Part shown: positions 37,685 through 51,778 of the stretch, in pieces
How positions within the stretch are numbered: the first letter of the stretch is position 1
Layout: each line of letters opens with the position of its first letter
From: Eledone cirrhosa
Lineage: Eukaryota
Direction: 5' to 3'
NCBI GenBank assembly: GCA_964016885.1
Contig: OZ024740.1
Location: 96,596,001-96,660,000, forward strand
Length of the DNA: 64,000 bases
Position numbers and translations under genes: made by a program
Notes under the pieces: model-generated
The model's input: only the letters and a program-made list of their open reading frames with translations
Databases searched by the model: none
What the model was told of the DNA's origin: nothing

Positions 37685-38432
37685 TTTGAGTCTCTATCAT
37701 TGATGTTAGTTAACTGGAACGTTTTTTGAAATTAATATCAAGCCACTACCCGCAGCCTCAGATATTCAGGACGTATCGGAGGTTTTTTGCTGTTCCCAGC
37801 AAGCATGCCTTTTGAAGCGTTCCAAAAAGCGTGAAGGGGCCAATTTTCTTTAACCACCCCTGGAAACTTTTTGAGATAGTACCTAGTGCGCCTATGACAA
37901 TCGGGACCACTTTGACTTCATGGCAGTTCCAAATCCTTTTTACCTCCCACTTTAAGTCCTGGTGTCATTTAATTTTCTCCCTCTCCTTCTCATGCACTCT
38001 CGTGTCGAATGGGCAGGCCACATCCACAACCAGGCACGATCTTTTTTCTTTGTCCAAAACCACCAGGTCAGATCTATTGTGTTCCAGTTTCTTGTCCGTC
38101 TGTATCCTAACATCCCAGAGCACCTTCACCTGATCGTTTTCTATCACCGACTGATAATACCTCTTCCACCCTCAGATCTCCTTAAGTGGAGTCTATCGAC
38201 ATCACTCCTCTTGTGGAACATGATGTAGATAGTAAATAGCTTCCTAGTCTACCTATCCATATCTTTTTGTTCAGCAAATTTCCATCTCAGAATTCCCGCA
38301 CTGTACCTAATAATATACACAGCTCGGGAATTTACTGCACTTATGGCATTCCTACTGTTCAGATGTGACTTTAATACGCTCCTTACTCTCCGAATGCATT
38401 CAGATCTTATCAATTCCTTTATTTTTTTGTTC
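37684..38432 (-). mobile_element. D2 LINE 3' fragment with internal deletion
   Basis: Matches 33041-33505, then jumps at ~38150 to sequence matching 34028-34310. Confidence 0.9.
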
Positions 38433-38485
38433 TTCTTCTTATTATTCTTCTTCTTTTTCTTCTTCTTCTTATTATTATTATTATT

Positions 38486-39682
38486 GGCGACCTACGTAGT
38501 ATATCGTATCATGGTGAGCTCCGGAAAGGTTTGTTATTTTCAGTTGTTTAAAATTGCCATTTATGGAAAATTTTTATTGTTAACTGTATATAAATGGACA
38601 TACATTGATTTCTGAAAAGGACACTCGAAAATATTGGGGCGTTGAGCCCATAATTTAAACTTTTATTAATTATCAAACAAACATCTTTCTTTGAAAAATC
38701 ATCGATATCTCAGAGTCACTCCTTCCTCACACTCTAACACCTCACACCGACACCACCATTGTAAATATTGCTACGTTTGCCAACACTGGAAATGTAAGCA
38801 GTACCAATATTTTAAATTTGTCTCAGGCAGACGTTCATTTCCCGCCATTACCAATGGCTGCAGGTGTTAAAGCCGCCACCACCACCACCACCGCGACATC
38901 CACCATCCCCACCACCACCACAGCGACAACAGAAACAAAAAACAAATTAACTCGTGATATCGAAATGAATTCAACCAAAATGAACTCTTCCACACCGAAC
39001 ACCACTGATGCCACCACCACCACAACAACTGAAACTAAAATTAACAATAGCAAAAATAACGATAACAACAACAGCAAGGGCGGTGGATTGACAGTATCGG
39101 TAGAGGGTCGGACGCCATGCTTTCCAGCATAGCTACGTCCCTTTACGATCTGAGTTCAAATCCCGCCGAGGTTGACTTTGCCTTTCATCCTTACGGGGTC
39201 GATAAAATAAAGTACCAGTAATGCACTGGGTAATTGCTGGCCTTGTGCCTAAAGTAGAAACAATTAAATTTGAACAACAACCAATTATTACACTACATTC
39301 AACACAACACCAGCATCACAGAAAAAAGACTACACAACAACCCAAATGTTCACACCACCTCCACACATACAAATCACTCGCATCACACAGAAAACGTACA
39401 CGACACTAAAACCAAAATACCCCCAAAGATATCGGAGACCTCCGACAAACACTCTGCAGTAGGATTTATAAGGACATCCTTCCGGAGGAGGCCACAAGCA
39501 GTGAAAATGATGAACAAACCATTCTTCCTCTACGAGAAGTAAGGTAAGTGGTCTTTCCCATCTTTTCCACTCCATTTCAACATGACCTCACTCAGAATGG
39601 GCAGCATAAATGCGCGTAGCTTGGGGTCGTCATGGAAGCAGGGCCACCTGCTCAACGACCTCAGGTCACTAAACATAGATGT
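38486..39682 (+). mobile_element. Tx1-like family B 5' fragment, interrupted by a SINE
   Basis: Starts GGCGACCTACGTAGTA after (TTA)n, as the copy at 41088 does; ends in early ORF2 (MTSLRMGSINAR). Confidence 0.88.
39078..39263 (+). mobile_element. tRNA-derived SINE at a deletion junction
   Basis: Full SINE with no TSD; its flanks correspond to B positions ~41697 and ~43001. Confidence 0.9.
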
Positions 39683-39689
39683 CCAAACA

Positions 39690-39944
39690 TTCTTTGTCCA
39701 AAACCACCATGTCAGGTCGATTGTGTTCCAGTTTCTTGTCCGTCTGTATCCTAAAATGCCACAGTACCTTCACCTGATCGTTTTCCATCACCGACTCTAG
39801 CTTATGCTCATACCACTTCTGAGAATGTGGAAATTTGTTTACTTTGCATAGGCGCCAGTGGATCACCCTGCCCATCACATCATGTCTCCAGTCCTTATAT
39901 TGAGTAAGGGCTAGGTGTTAACACTCGGAACGATGTGAGCCACA
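39690..39944 (-). mobile_element. D2 LINE internal fragment
   Basis: MMGRVIHWRLCK...RPDMVVLDK matches 33405-33660. Confidence 0.88.
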
Positions 39945-39975
<31 letters not shown>

Positions 39976-39985
39976 ATTATTATTA

Positions 39986-41044
39986 CAGTTGCATTTATCT
40001 TGCTTTATCTTCATACGAATTATCACCAAGTCACAACCAGTGACCTCAAGAGACAACAAGGTCCGCCATGTTCAGAAAGAACATAAATACTCACATATGC
40101 ACCTTTAGTGTTTAGACTTGTGATGTACTTATACTGACAGAATCTTCCTTAGTATATGGGCAATTCCCATTAGTACTATCTTTTGTATTTCTCCTATAGG
40201 CGGGTTTCCTGGGATTTGCGATAAGTAATCATTAGACCCCTTAGGTATCATTCCCAGAGCGCCTACAACCACTGGTATTGTTTTAGTTCTCAATTTCCAC
40301 ATTTTTCCAATTTCTATCTCCAGATCCTTATACTTGCTCAATATTTCAAATGTTTTTATAGATACATTCTTGTCTATCAATTAGCAGGCATACCCTCTTT
40401 TTAAAGTCCTTCAATATTATATCAGGTCTATTTGCATCTATTTTTCGGTCTGTTTGGATGCTAAAGTTCCACAAGATTGAGATGTGATCTTTTTCAAGTA
40501 TGGAAGGTGGTTGATGCTCCCACCAATTCTTTTGATGGGGCAGGTCAAAATGCTTACACATTATCCAATGTATGTATTGTGCAGCTCTGTCATGCCTCTT
40601 TACGTATTCGGTTGGAGCTATAGGACTGCACATTGAAATTATATGGTCAATGGTCTCTGGATGTTTTTTGCATACACGGCATAATGGGCTGCATCCATTT
40701 TTTATTATGTTGGCTTGGTAATTTTTTGTTGGCAGACACTGATCTCGTGCTGATATAATCAGTCCTTCAGTCTCCGATTTCAGTCCAGAGGATGCCAACC
40801 ACTGATGGGTTAAAGTTTTGTCAACATCAGGATTGTTAGCTCGCTCTGGGTATTTTCCATACAGAGGCTTTTCTTGCCATTTCTTAGCCCGTTTCTGTAG
40901 CAGTTCTTTCTTTGCAGTTACTTTACCTGCTTTGCTATTTCTGTGTTTTCCATTTCAGCAGTAAATGGGACTTCTGAAATGTGTAGTCCATTACTGTATA
41001 TTTGTGCATCTTTTGTAATGGAATATGATCTTTTGATGCTTTCG

Positions 41045-41047
<3 letters not shown>
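39986..41047 (-). mobile_element. D1 LINE 3' fragment
   Basis: Near-identical to 25854-26932; (TTA)n on both sides. Confidence 0.93.
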
Positions 41048-41087
<40 letters not shown>

Positions 41088-44000
41088 GGCGACCTACGTA
41101 GTAAATCGTATCATCGTGAGCTCCGCAAAGGTTTGTTATTTCCGTTTGTTAAAAATTGCCAATTATGGAACATTTTTATTGTTAACTATATATAATCGCA
41201 CATACATTGTTTTCCGAAAAGGACACCCAAAAAGATTGTGGACTTGTGCCCAAAATTTAAACTTTTTATGATTATCAAAACATTTCTTTGAAAAAAAAAT
41301 GGCTAATTCAGCTCTGCACCAAGCAGCTGAAAGCCTTCCTCACAAATTAACACCTCACACCGACACCACCATTGTAAATTTTACTACGTTTGCCAACACG
41401 AAAAAAAATATAAGTAGTAGCAATATTTTAAATGTGTCTCAGGCAGACATTCATTTCCCGCCATTACCAATGACTGCAGGTGCTAAAGCCGCCACCACCA
41501 CCACCACCGCGACAACCCCCACCCCCACCATCACCGCGATAACAGAAACAAAAGGAAAAAATAAATCAACTCGTGATGTCGAAATAATTTCAGCCAAAAT
41601 GGTCTCTTCCACTTCCACACCGAAAACCACTGACGTCACCACCACCACAACTGAAACTAAAATTAATAATAACAAAAATAACGATAGCAACAACAACAAC
41701 AATGACATTAAAATAACCACCCTGAGTTTTGCCAGAGTAGCAAAAGAGTTCGAAGCATTTACGGTAACTCAGGAGGATTTAGAAAATGGCAAACAAATGG
41801 TAAAGAAAGATGGGTACAGGGTCAGCCCCCCCCCCACACACACACCTAATAAAATGGAGCATCGGCGCCTATGCACTGTGTCGCATCGAACAATAAATGT
41901 AAAATCGCGCCGAGTGGAACAGGCATCCGAGTCCCAAATCCAAAAAGCTTTGGGACATGTGTGGGCAAGAAAAACGCACATCAGACGTGGGCAGAAGTAT
42001 GGAACCGTGGACGTGTTCTTTGAAACACCAGAGGAGGCTAGAGAACACTCCATGACCCCATTAAGAAGTGACAACTTCACACTCGTCCCAAGCTATTGTG
42101 GCCAGAGACTCGTAAAGATCAGGGTGACCCACGTTCCACCGGCCATCGAAATTCCCTGGTTAATAGCGGCCGTACTCGCCGGCATCGAAGCCAACACAAA
42201 GATAATAGCAATAGCAAAAGAAAAGCAGGAGAACTTGTCCGGATCTGGGATGGAGCTCCTGATCCAAGCGGACCAAAAAAGCATTGAGGAGATCCCACAG
42301 GTAATAGACCTCACTGACGGCAGCCACCTCACCGTAATTGTCGAGGGCAGAAGGCCTAGTTGTGTCGTCTGTGGTGAAGGAACCCACCTAACGGCTTTCT
42401 GCCCTCAGGCTAAAAGGTTGAGGCCACCTATCCTACCCACCCCAGTGACACAACCATCAACACCACCAGTAGCAGAGATGGCAGCAACAACAGAAGCAAC
42501 TGTAACAGCAACAACCCCAGCAATCGTAGCAAAACCAACACCACCACCACCAGCAAAACCAACACCACCACCACCCAACGCTTCAGAACTAGCACCAGCG
42601 CCTACAACATCCACCACGCCACAACCAAAGCTAACGCCTGTGGAGGATTTTCCACTCCCCGGCCTATCACAACTGGAGACAGATTGTGACGACGAGGAGT
42701 GGGAAACGGTATCAGGAAAAAAAAAAGAAACCAAAAAAGAAAAAATGCTCTTCCTTCCCCCTCCAAAAACAAAATACAGAGGGAAACAAATAAATTAACA
42801 AACAAAAAAGTTAGGACATATATGCCGCCATCCACACCAGCATCACCAACCCCATCAACCCAAACACCAACACCATCACCATCATTAACCCACACACCTA
42901 CATCACCTACACCACAAAAGTCACCAAAATGCGAAACAGAAACAAACCCACAACAAACGCAAACAAAACAAAACAACCAAAACGATACACACTACACAGC
43001 ATTAAATTTGAACAACAAGCAATTATTACACTACATCCAACACAACACCAGCATCACCGAAAAAGACTACACAACAACCCAAAAATTCACACCACCTCCA
43101 CACATACAAATCACTCGCATCACACAGAAAACGTACATGACACTAAAACAAAAATTCCCCAAAGACATCGGAGACTTCCGACAAGCACTCTCCAGGAGAA
43201 TTTATAAGAACATCCTGCTTGAGGAGGCCACAAGCAGTGAAAAGGATGGAAAACCGTCCTTCCTCTACGAGAAGTAAGGTAAGTGGTCTTTCCCATCTTT
43301 TCCACTCCTTTTCAACATGACCTCACTCAGAATAGGCAGCATAAATGCGCGTGGCTTGGGGTCGTCATGGAAGCAGGGCCACCTGCTAAACGACCTCATG
43401 TCACTAAACATAGATGTAGTGGCCATCAGCGAGACCACAATCTCCGAAGCACGGGCCTTCGCACCGATCTTCGGCGGCTACGATGTGTACGCATCTCCCA
43501 GCCGTCAGGGATCGGGGGAGGAGTTGCGGTGCTTTTTCGGAGAGGTTTGGATCTCGCCATACGGGCCATCTTCCTGGACCCAGAAGGTAAGTTGGTGGTG
43601 CTGGACGTGACCAGCGGAGACGGGCAAGCTTTCAGGTTAGTGGCCGTCTATGCCCCGACAGGAGCAGGGCGGCCTGATATCTTCCGGCGTCTGGATACCT
43701 TTCTTGGAACGTCCCGCTCTTTTGTGTTAGTGGGCGACTGGAACGGGATCTTAGATGCACGCTGGGATTGTGTGGGATTAGTGGATAGGGAAGGAGGGTG
43801 CAAGAGTCTCACCAACCTGCTCAGGCGTTTTGAACTGTCTGACAGGTACCGAATGGATTTCCCGAATGTACCAATGTGGACTTGGACAAATTGCATAGGG
43901 TCATCCAGATCATATCTAGATAGAGTATTTTGTAGGGAAATAGATAGGTCTAGCATAGGCTGTCCACAATTCAAGATAGTCAGCTACACGGACCACAAAT

Positions 44001-44747
44001 TCGTGATCTGTGTGCTTGACTTAGATAGGCTTCATAGACGAGGACCCGGCTACTGGAAGCTAAACGCGTCCTTACCAGCGCGCAAGGCCTACAGAGACCG
44101 GATTAGCGTACTAGTTAAGCGGTCGTTGACGGGGGCCATCGTCCTGCACGCACTCGTCCAGTGTCCGAGCATTGCTGACTTGTGGGTTTATGTCGAACAC
44201 TGCTGCCATGTGTAGGACGGATCCAGCTATCAGCTGAGTCCATCGTGAGTATTGCCCCGCCCTCTTCCTTTAGCCGGAAAGGGCAGGCAGTTTTTATCTG
44301 TCTGGTGGCCATGGCGAAAGAGATAGTATGGTGGACACGTTTGAAAGGGCTGAAGACGAGCACTTACCTCTTCGGTGATTCCCTGATTAACTTTTTAATA
44401 TTTCATTTGAAAAGGAAAATCAGGGTAGAGAGGGAAGTGCTCTCTTCCCAGCATTTTGTTGAAAGATGGGTGAGAGAAGCAAGTATGGCCCGAATGAATG
44501 GGCCTTCTCGGAGTATGTGTCTGTAAATTAAAGGTGGAAAACTGGGAGAGGGCACTGTGGTCTTTTAATGGGCTTTCTCCACAAATGTCCCTCGGAAGTC
44601 TCCCCCCTATTGGGGAATTTTTCTTTGTTATTTTATTTCAACTTCTGTTTTTTTTACACGCAAAAATGCCCATTTGTACCGTCCTGTATTGTCCTGTACT
44701 GTCCTTAATGTCTACTTTATGTAAACCCTTGTGGTTAATAAAGAAAA

Positions 44748-44748
<1 letters not shown>
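41088..44748 (+). mobile_element. Tx1-like family B element with the RT deleted
   Basis: ORF1 41299 to ~43280 (CVVCGEGTHLTAFC knuckle). The APE from 43317 joins the C-terminal HALVQC region at ~44141. Ends AATAAAGAAAAC(ATT)n. Confidence 0.92.
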
Positions 44749-44778
<30 letters not shown>

Positions 44779-45368
44779 GAATGCCATGGTTGACGGAGGC
44801 TCGGCTCTGTAAGTTATAGTAATTTTTAACCGCTATAACAATTGTAAATCGTTTAAAACTTGAACGAAATTGTAGATAAAAACACCCTCCTCCTCATGAG
44901 AGTGGTCTTTCTGCCCGTTATTTGGCCCTTCTGGGATAAATAACTGCTTATTGGGGTTTTGTGCCCAATATTCATTTTAAACTGTAAAAAAACATGTCTA
45001 CAAAAAATAATTTTCACAAGTCACTCCCACTCATCCCGTCTTCTTCTTCCTCAATCGTCACTATATCAGAGAGAAGATTGTCTCTCTCCCTCCCTTGTCT
45101 AAATGTGGCGTCGCCTTTTTCGCAAGCGACGCCATTAAAGAAAAAGAATAATATAGTTTCTGATAGCTTTCACCAAGAGCACGTGCATACTGTGGAAACA
45201 TTTTCCACGACGATGACAACGACGAAAAATGGGTGCGGTAAACACGGAAAGCCATTTCATTCGTCTGACGTCATGAAGAATAGCAGCAGCAGCCGTAAGA
45301 ACAGCAACAGCAGCAACTGTGAACAGGAAAACACTAGTAGCAGCCGCAACAACATCAGCGGCAGCATA

Positions 45369-45399
<31 letters not shown>

Positions 45400-48300
45400 A
45401 CAACAGCAGCAGCAGCAACAACAACAACAGCAACAGCGGCGGCGGCGGTCGTAGTACCAGCAGCAACAACAAAAGTAACAGCAGCTCTGACGGCAACAAC
45501 AACAACAACAATAAATGAGGAATTACAGGAAGCAAAGAAGATGATGGCGAAAACCGGACACCGAGCAATCTGCAAGGCCGCCGAACAATTTTTCGAAACC
45601 CAACAGCACTGTACGGTCACGTACCGTACAGTAAGCACAAAATGACGTAGGGTAGAAACAGCCACAGAGGCACAAATACAAAAAAGCCTTAGGGTCTGTG
45701 TGGCAGCAGAAAACGCATATCACCCGAGACAAAAGCTTAATCCTTAGTGACCCTAAAGAGGGAGGAAATGGTGTTGGTGCCCTCCTACTGCGGGCAAAAA
45801 ATTTTGAGGGTCAAACTGACCCACGCCCGCCCTCCACCCCAGGATAGCGCCTTCTTGGCTGGCAGCGTCTGTCCTCGTCAGAATCGAGAACAAAACAATT
45901 GTACAGAAAACAATTGTACAGAAAAATGTACGAGAATATAGGGTCGGTACCTCCATTCAGATGTTAATCCAAACCAACAAGGAGTGCACCGAAGCTATCC
46001 CGGATGTGATAGACTTCGATAACGGCACTCAACTGCCCATAAGTGTTGAGGGCAAACACCTGAAATGCTTTCGCTGTGGGTCGAAGACTCACCCCAGGGC
46101 CTTGTGCAATGAGAAGACTCTGAGAAAGGAGGACCCCCCCCCCTCCTTCCGAAACCGGCTCCACTGCTACCAGCAACAGGACAAGCGGCAAGCACGAAGG
46201 ATATGTCCGTGGCACCCATACGCACGCCACGGAAATCAAGAACAGCAGCAGCAGTGGGAGTATTAACAACAACAACAGTAATACCAACTGCAGCTGTATC
46301 AGAGACTCCACTGCAACCATCACCAACAAGAACAAGTGAAAGAGTGGAGCTCGTACCACTCCCCGACCTCACAGAATCGGACATGGCGTGTGAGGTGGGA
46401 GAGGGATGGAAAAATGTCCCAAGAAGGCAGAAACTCAGAAGCAGCGCATCGTCGCCTTCGAAAAGGGTAAAGGCTACTGCAAAGAGACTTACAGCAGCAG
46501 CACCACCAACACTATCGCCACCCATTTTAGCACCACCATCACCACCGACGGCAACCCCACTGCCAACAACAACAACACCTTCAACACCACCATCACAAGT
46601 ACCAACATCGTAAACACAACAACAAAACACACACACCCAGCAACAACGACAAGATAATAGCAGAACCACACCACACCCCCAGAAAAACAAATGCACGGCA
46701 ATAAATACACACAACAAGAAACTAATGACTTACATAATTGAACACAGACATTTCACAGCACGACTACATAATACCAGCATCAATCAAAACACCAATGAAC
46801 ATGAGACTGGTAAGAATAGCACAGAAACAATACACAAACATTAAAACGAAATTCCATACGCAGTTGGTGATTTCAGAGACATAGGAGGGACACTCAGCCG
46901 GAGTTATATTCGAATATACTCACCGAAGAGCTGTCGACCAGCCGATGGACGATTCAACGGCCCCTTCACCAAACGATCAAGTGAAAAAGGATGGAGATAC
47001 CATCCTTCCTCTACGAGAAGTAAGGTTAGTTGTCCCTCCCATCTTTTCCACTCCATTTCAACACGACCTCACTCAGAATAGGCAGCATAAATGCCCGTCG
47101 CTTGGGGCCGTCATGGAAGCAGGGCCACTTGCTCAACAAACTCATACCACTAAACATAGATGTAGTGGCCATCAGCAAGACCAGAATCTCTGAAGCACGA
47201 GCCTTCGCACCGATCTTCGGCGGCTACGAAGTGTACGCATATCTCAGCCGTCCTGGATCGGGGGGGGGGGGGAGTTGCTGGGCTTTTTCGGAGATGTTTG
47301 GATCTCGCCATACGGGCCATCTTCCTGGACCCAGAAGGTAAGTTGGTTGTGCTGGACGTGACCAGAGAAGGGCAAGCTTTCAGGCTAGTGGCTATCTATG
47401 CCCCGGCAGGAGCAGGGCGGTCTGATGTCTTCCGGAGTCTGGAGACCTTTCTAGGAAGGTCCTACTCTTTAGTGTTAGGGGGCGACTGGAACGGGATCTT
47501 AGATGCACGCTGGTACTGTTTGGGATTAGCGGATAGAGGAGGAGGGTGCAAGAGCCTCACCAACCTGCTCAGGCGTTTTGAACTGTCTGACAGGTACCGA
47601 TTGGATTTCCCGAATGTTCCAATGTGGACTTGGACAAACCGTATTGGGTCATCCAGATCATATCTAGATAGAGTATTTTGTAGGGAAATAGATAGGTCTA
47701 TCATAGGCTGTCCACAATTCAAGATAGTCAGCTACACGGACTACAGATTCGTGATCTGTTTGCTTGACTTAGATAGGCTTCATAGATGAGGACCCGGCTA
47801 CGGGAAGCTAAACGCGTCCTTACCAGCGCCCAAAGCCTTACAGAGACCGGGTTATCGAAGGGTTAAGCGGCGTTGACGAGGGCCATCGTCAACAACAATT
47901 GGAAGTTTGCTCTGAAAAGCGCGATTAGAATAGAGCCCATTAGGTTTAGTAAGGCTTTAGCTATAGAGAAATATAGAGCAGAGGGAGAATTAGTTAGAAA
48001 TTAGACGAGGCGATTAGCAAAGCCATCGCGACCGACGTACTTGCGGCGAGATTGGCCCTTGACCAATTCCTCAATGCAAAGCACGAAGGCTGCGTTGTCA
48101 GAGCTAGGTTGCGTGCTCTCAAACAAGAGGGGACGAAAACCGTTCAATGGGCCCGAGTGGCGGAGGCGCGTCGTGGTAACAAAGCCACGATCCGGACTTT
48201 GGTGGACCACTACGGGCGCATGCTACTCGATCCCGGGCAAATGTGTGAAGCTTTTCAGCGACACTTCGCTCAGTTGTTCGGGGGCAGCGGCGGGCCGGAT

Positions 48301-50732
48301 CAAGGGATGGACTTTAGTGTCTACCTCGACGGACTGCTGCGGCTCTCGGCCACTGACGCGGAGTGTTGCGAAAAGCCGGTTACAGCCGCTGAAGTACGGG
48401 AGGAAATGACTGGCCGCACAATGGGTAAATGGCCTGGTTTTGGATGGTATGCCCTATGAGCTTTACGTACAGATGCCAAACTTGTTAGGAGGCCTCTTCG
48501 TGGACCCCCACTGCAACTGGCAACTAAACGGGAGAATTCCCAGCTCTGTGAGCCGAGGAGCGGTGGCGCTGCTGAGAAAGGATCCGAACAATGGAGATAA
48601 CATAGATAAGTTCAGGCCCATAACTCTACTAAAGACAAAGTTCAAGATGTTGGACAAGGTGCTAGCAAAGAGGTTGGCGCTTGTCGTTGGTGGTCTGGTG
48701 GGAGAGGCGCAGACACGCGCCGTTCCCGACAGATCCATCCACGACAACCTCCACATCATGCGATACATCGTAGAGAGGGTAGCTAGGGAACCTGGCACGG
48801 GCGGGTCCTTGATCTATTTAGATCAGTCGAAAGCTTTCGATAGGGTCGACCACCGTTACATAGCGCCAGTCCTGAAGGCGGCTGGTTTTAGGCCCGTCTT
48901 CAGAGGCTGGATCGCTGCCATGCACAGCGACATCTGCTCTGTTGTGAGAGTGAACGGTCACCTTTCAGAATTGTTCAACATCATGCACTCGGTCTGCCAA
49001 GGATGTCCCCTCTCGTCCCTCTTGTACGTATTGAATCTCGAGCCATTACTGCACAAACTGGAGACGTTGAGGCGCGTCCCGCGCGTACTAGGATGCGGAA
49101 GATCTGTGTCAGCATATGCGGACGATGTCACCGTAGTGGTGTCGAACGCCAAACATATCGAGGCGATCAGCACTACACTAAGAGAATACGAAGCGGTAAC
49201 AGGAGCAATGATCAACGAGGAAAGGTCAGTGGGCCTACAGCTCGGCACATGGAGAGGAAGGCCCTTGCCGTCCAACAGCGTCGTCTAACGCTAGACGGAC
49301 GAACTGGTTAAATTGCTAGGTGTCTGATTCGGTACGGACCTCCAGACGGACAAAAACTGGGACGAGTTGACGAGCAGGGTGGCTTCTCTCACCCAGAAAT
49401 GGGCGGAGAGGGAGATATCCCTGAAAGGTCGAGCGGAGGTGGCTAACGCGTACATCGCGTCCGTCATCTACTATCACCTGACCGTCGTACCTTGTCCTAA
49501 GCGACGCCTGACTGCGCTGGAGCCTTTGCTCTTTCGCTTTTTGTGGAATGGACGCGCTCCAATGGTCAGGCGGTCCATCTGCTGTCAGCATCCGCTACGT
49601 GGAGTGCTGGGCATGGCGTGGCTGATGATGCGTAGACACGCGCTCAGGCTACGACATCTCCACCTCTTCCTCGACGGTGATCAGGTGTGGTCGCCGTTTC
49701 CTAGACGCGTCTTTCCCCAGTTCGTCTCCTTGACGGAGCTGCAGTCCTGGGTCAAGCGAAGACCGAGAGGGAGCGCTTGCAGACTAGAATGTCTTCAGGC
49801 GCTCACAGCCCTCGACAAATTTGCAATGTGATCGGCGGAAACTCCACCTCGGCTTTCTGTAGAGGATTAGTGGAGGGGAAAATCGACGACGTACTTGGGG
49901 AAACTCTAGGCGTCGACGAAAATCTACTAGCCAATCTCTTCGGAAGAACTTTCAGGCCGGGGCCTATGAACAACTTCCAGAAAACCCTGGCCTGGGAGTT
50001 TTACCGAGGAGCTTTGCCAGTTCGGGATACACTCTACAGGCATGGAGGTGCCGTCAGCCGGGCATGCCCGAGATGCGCGCTGGGCGACGAAACCGGCCTG
50101 CATGCACTCGTCCAATGTCCGAGCATTGCTGGCTTGTGGGTTTATGTCGAACACCTGCTGTCGCGTTTAGGACGGATCCGGCTATCATCTGAGTCCATCG
50201 TGAGGATTGCCCCGCCCTTCTCCTTTAGCCGGGAAGGGCAGGCAGTTTTTATCTGTCTGGTGGCCATGGCGAAAGAGATAGTATGGTTGACACGTTTGAA
50301 AGGGCTGAAGACGAGCACTTACCTCTTCGGTGTAGCCCTGATTAACTTTTTAATATTTCATTTGAAAAGGAAAATCAGGGTGGAGAGGGAAGTACTCTCT
50401 TCCCAGCATTTTGTTGAAAGATGGGTGAGAGAAGCAAGAATGGCCCGAATGAATGGGCCTACTCTGAGTATGTGTCTGTAAATTAAAGGTGCAAAATTGG
50501 GAAGGGCACTTGCCCTGGTGGTCAGGCTCACTGTGGCCTTGTAATGGGCTTTCTCCACAAATGTCCCTCGGAAGTCTCCCCCTATTGGGGTATTTTTTCA
50601 TTGTTTTTTTTTTGTCACATCCTCTGTTTTTCTTTTTTTACACGCAGAAATGCCCATTTGTACCCTCATGTATTGTCCTGTACTGTCCTTAATGTCTACT
50701 TTATGAAAACCCTTGTGGTTAATAAAGAAACC
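44779..50732 (+). mobile_element. Tx1-like family C copy 1 (full length, decayed)
   Basis: Starts GAATGCCATGGTTGACGG after (TTA)n. ORF1 from 44994; ORF2 ~47063-50481 with FRPITLL, DQSKAFDRVDH, QGCPLS, YADD. Confidence 0.93.
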
Positions 50733-50747
50733 ATTATTATTATTATT

Positions 50748-50809
50748 AATAAAATAAAGTACCAGTAATGCACTGGGTTATTGCTGGCCTTGTGCCTAAA
50801 GTAGAAACA

Positions 50810-50812
<3 letters not shown>
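50748..50812 (+). mobile_element. 5'-truncated SINE in the tail of LINE C1
   Basis: ataaaataaagtaccagtaatgcactggg...ccttgtgcctaaagtagaaaca(att)n. Confidence 0.88.
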
Positions 50813-50842
<30 letters not shown>

Positions 50843-50849
50843 GTTATTA

Positions 50850-51750
50850 CTCTTTGAGTCTCAGTCATTGATGTTAGTTAACTGGAGAGTTTGTTGAAAT
50901 GAATATCAAGCCACTACCTGCAGCCTCAGATAGTCAGGACATATCGGAGGGTTTTTGCTGTTCCCAGCAAGCATGCCTTTTGAAGCGTTCCAAAAAGCGT
51001 GAGGGGCCAATTTTCTTTAACCATCCCTGGAAACCTTTTGAGATAGTCCCTAGTGCGCCTATGACAATCGGGATCACTTTGACTTCATGGCAGGTCCAAA
51101 TCCTTTTTACATCCCAATTTAAGTCCTGGTATCAGTTAATTTTCTCCCTCTCCTTCTCTTGCACTCTCGTGTCGAATGGGCAGTCCACATCCACAGTCAG
51201 GCACGATCTTTTTTCCTTGTCCAAAACCACCTGGTGAGGTCTATTGTGTTCCAGTTTCTTGTCCGTCTGTATCCTAAAATCACACAGCACCTTCACCTGA
51301 TCGTTTTCTATCACCACCTCTGGCTTATACTCATACCACTTCTCAGAATGTGGTAAATTGTTTACTTTGCATATGTGCCAGTGGATCACCCTGCCCATCA
51401 CATCATGTCTCCAGCCCTTATAGTGAGTCTGGGCTAGGTGTTTACACTCGGATACATTGTGAGCCACAGTCTCCTCTCTCTCTCTCCACAGATCCTGCGC
51501 AGTGGGCTAGCCTCCTCCTTGTAAATATGGTGTTTCAACCACTTCGTTTTGAGGGCCTGCTCCTGCGCAGCCATTAACATTCCTTCTGTAGCCTTTTTAA
51601 GGTCTCCTCTGTTCAACCAGTTCCATGTCTGTGGATCTCTAAATTCAGTTTTCTCAAAGAAGGTACTATGAAGGGATTTTTCCTGAAGGCTGCTCTTTCT
51701 CCTTGATGTTATTTCCTCGTTGGACATCCCCTAGCCTATTGCCCCTTCCT
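50850..51750 (-). mobile_element. D2 LINE, 5'-truncated
   Basis: Near-identical to 33041-33940. Confidence 0.93.
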
Positions 51751-51778
51751 TATTATTATTATTATTATTATTATTATT

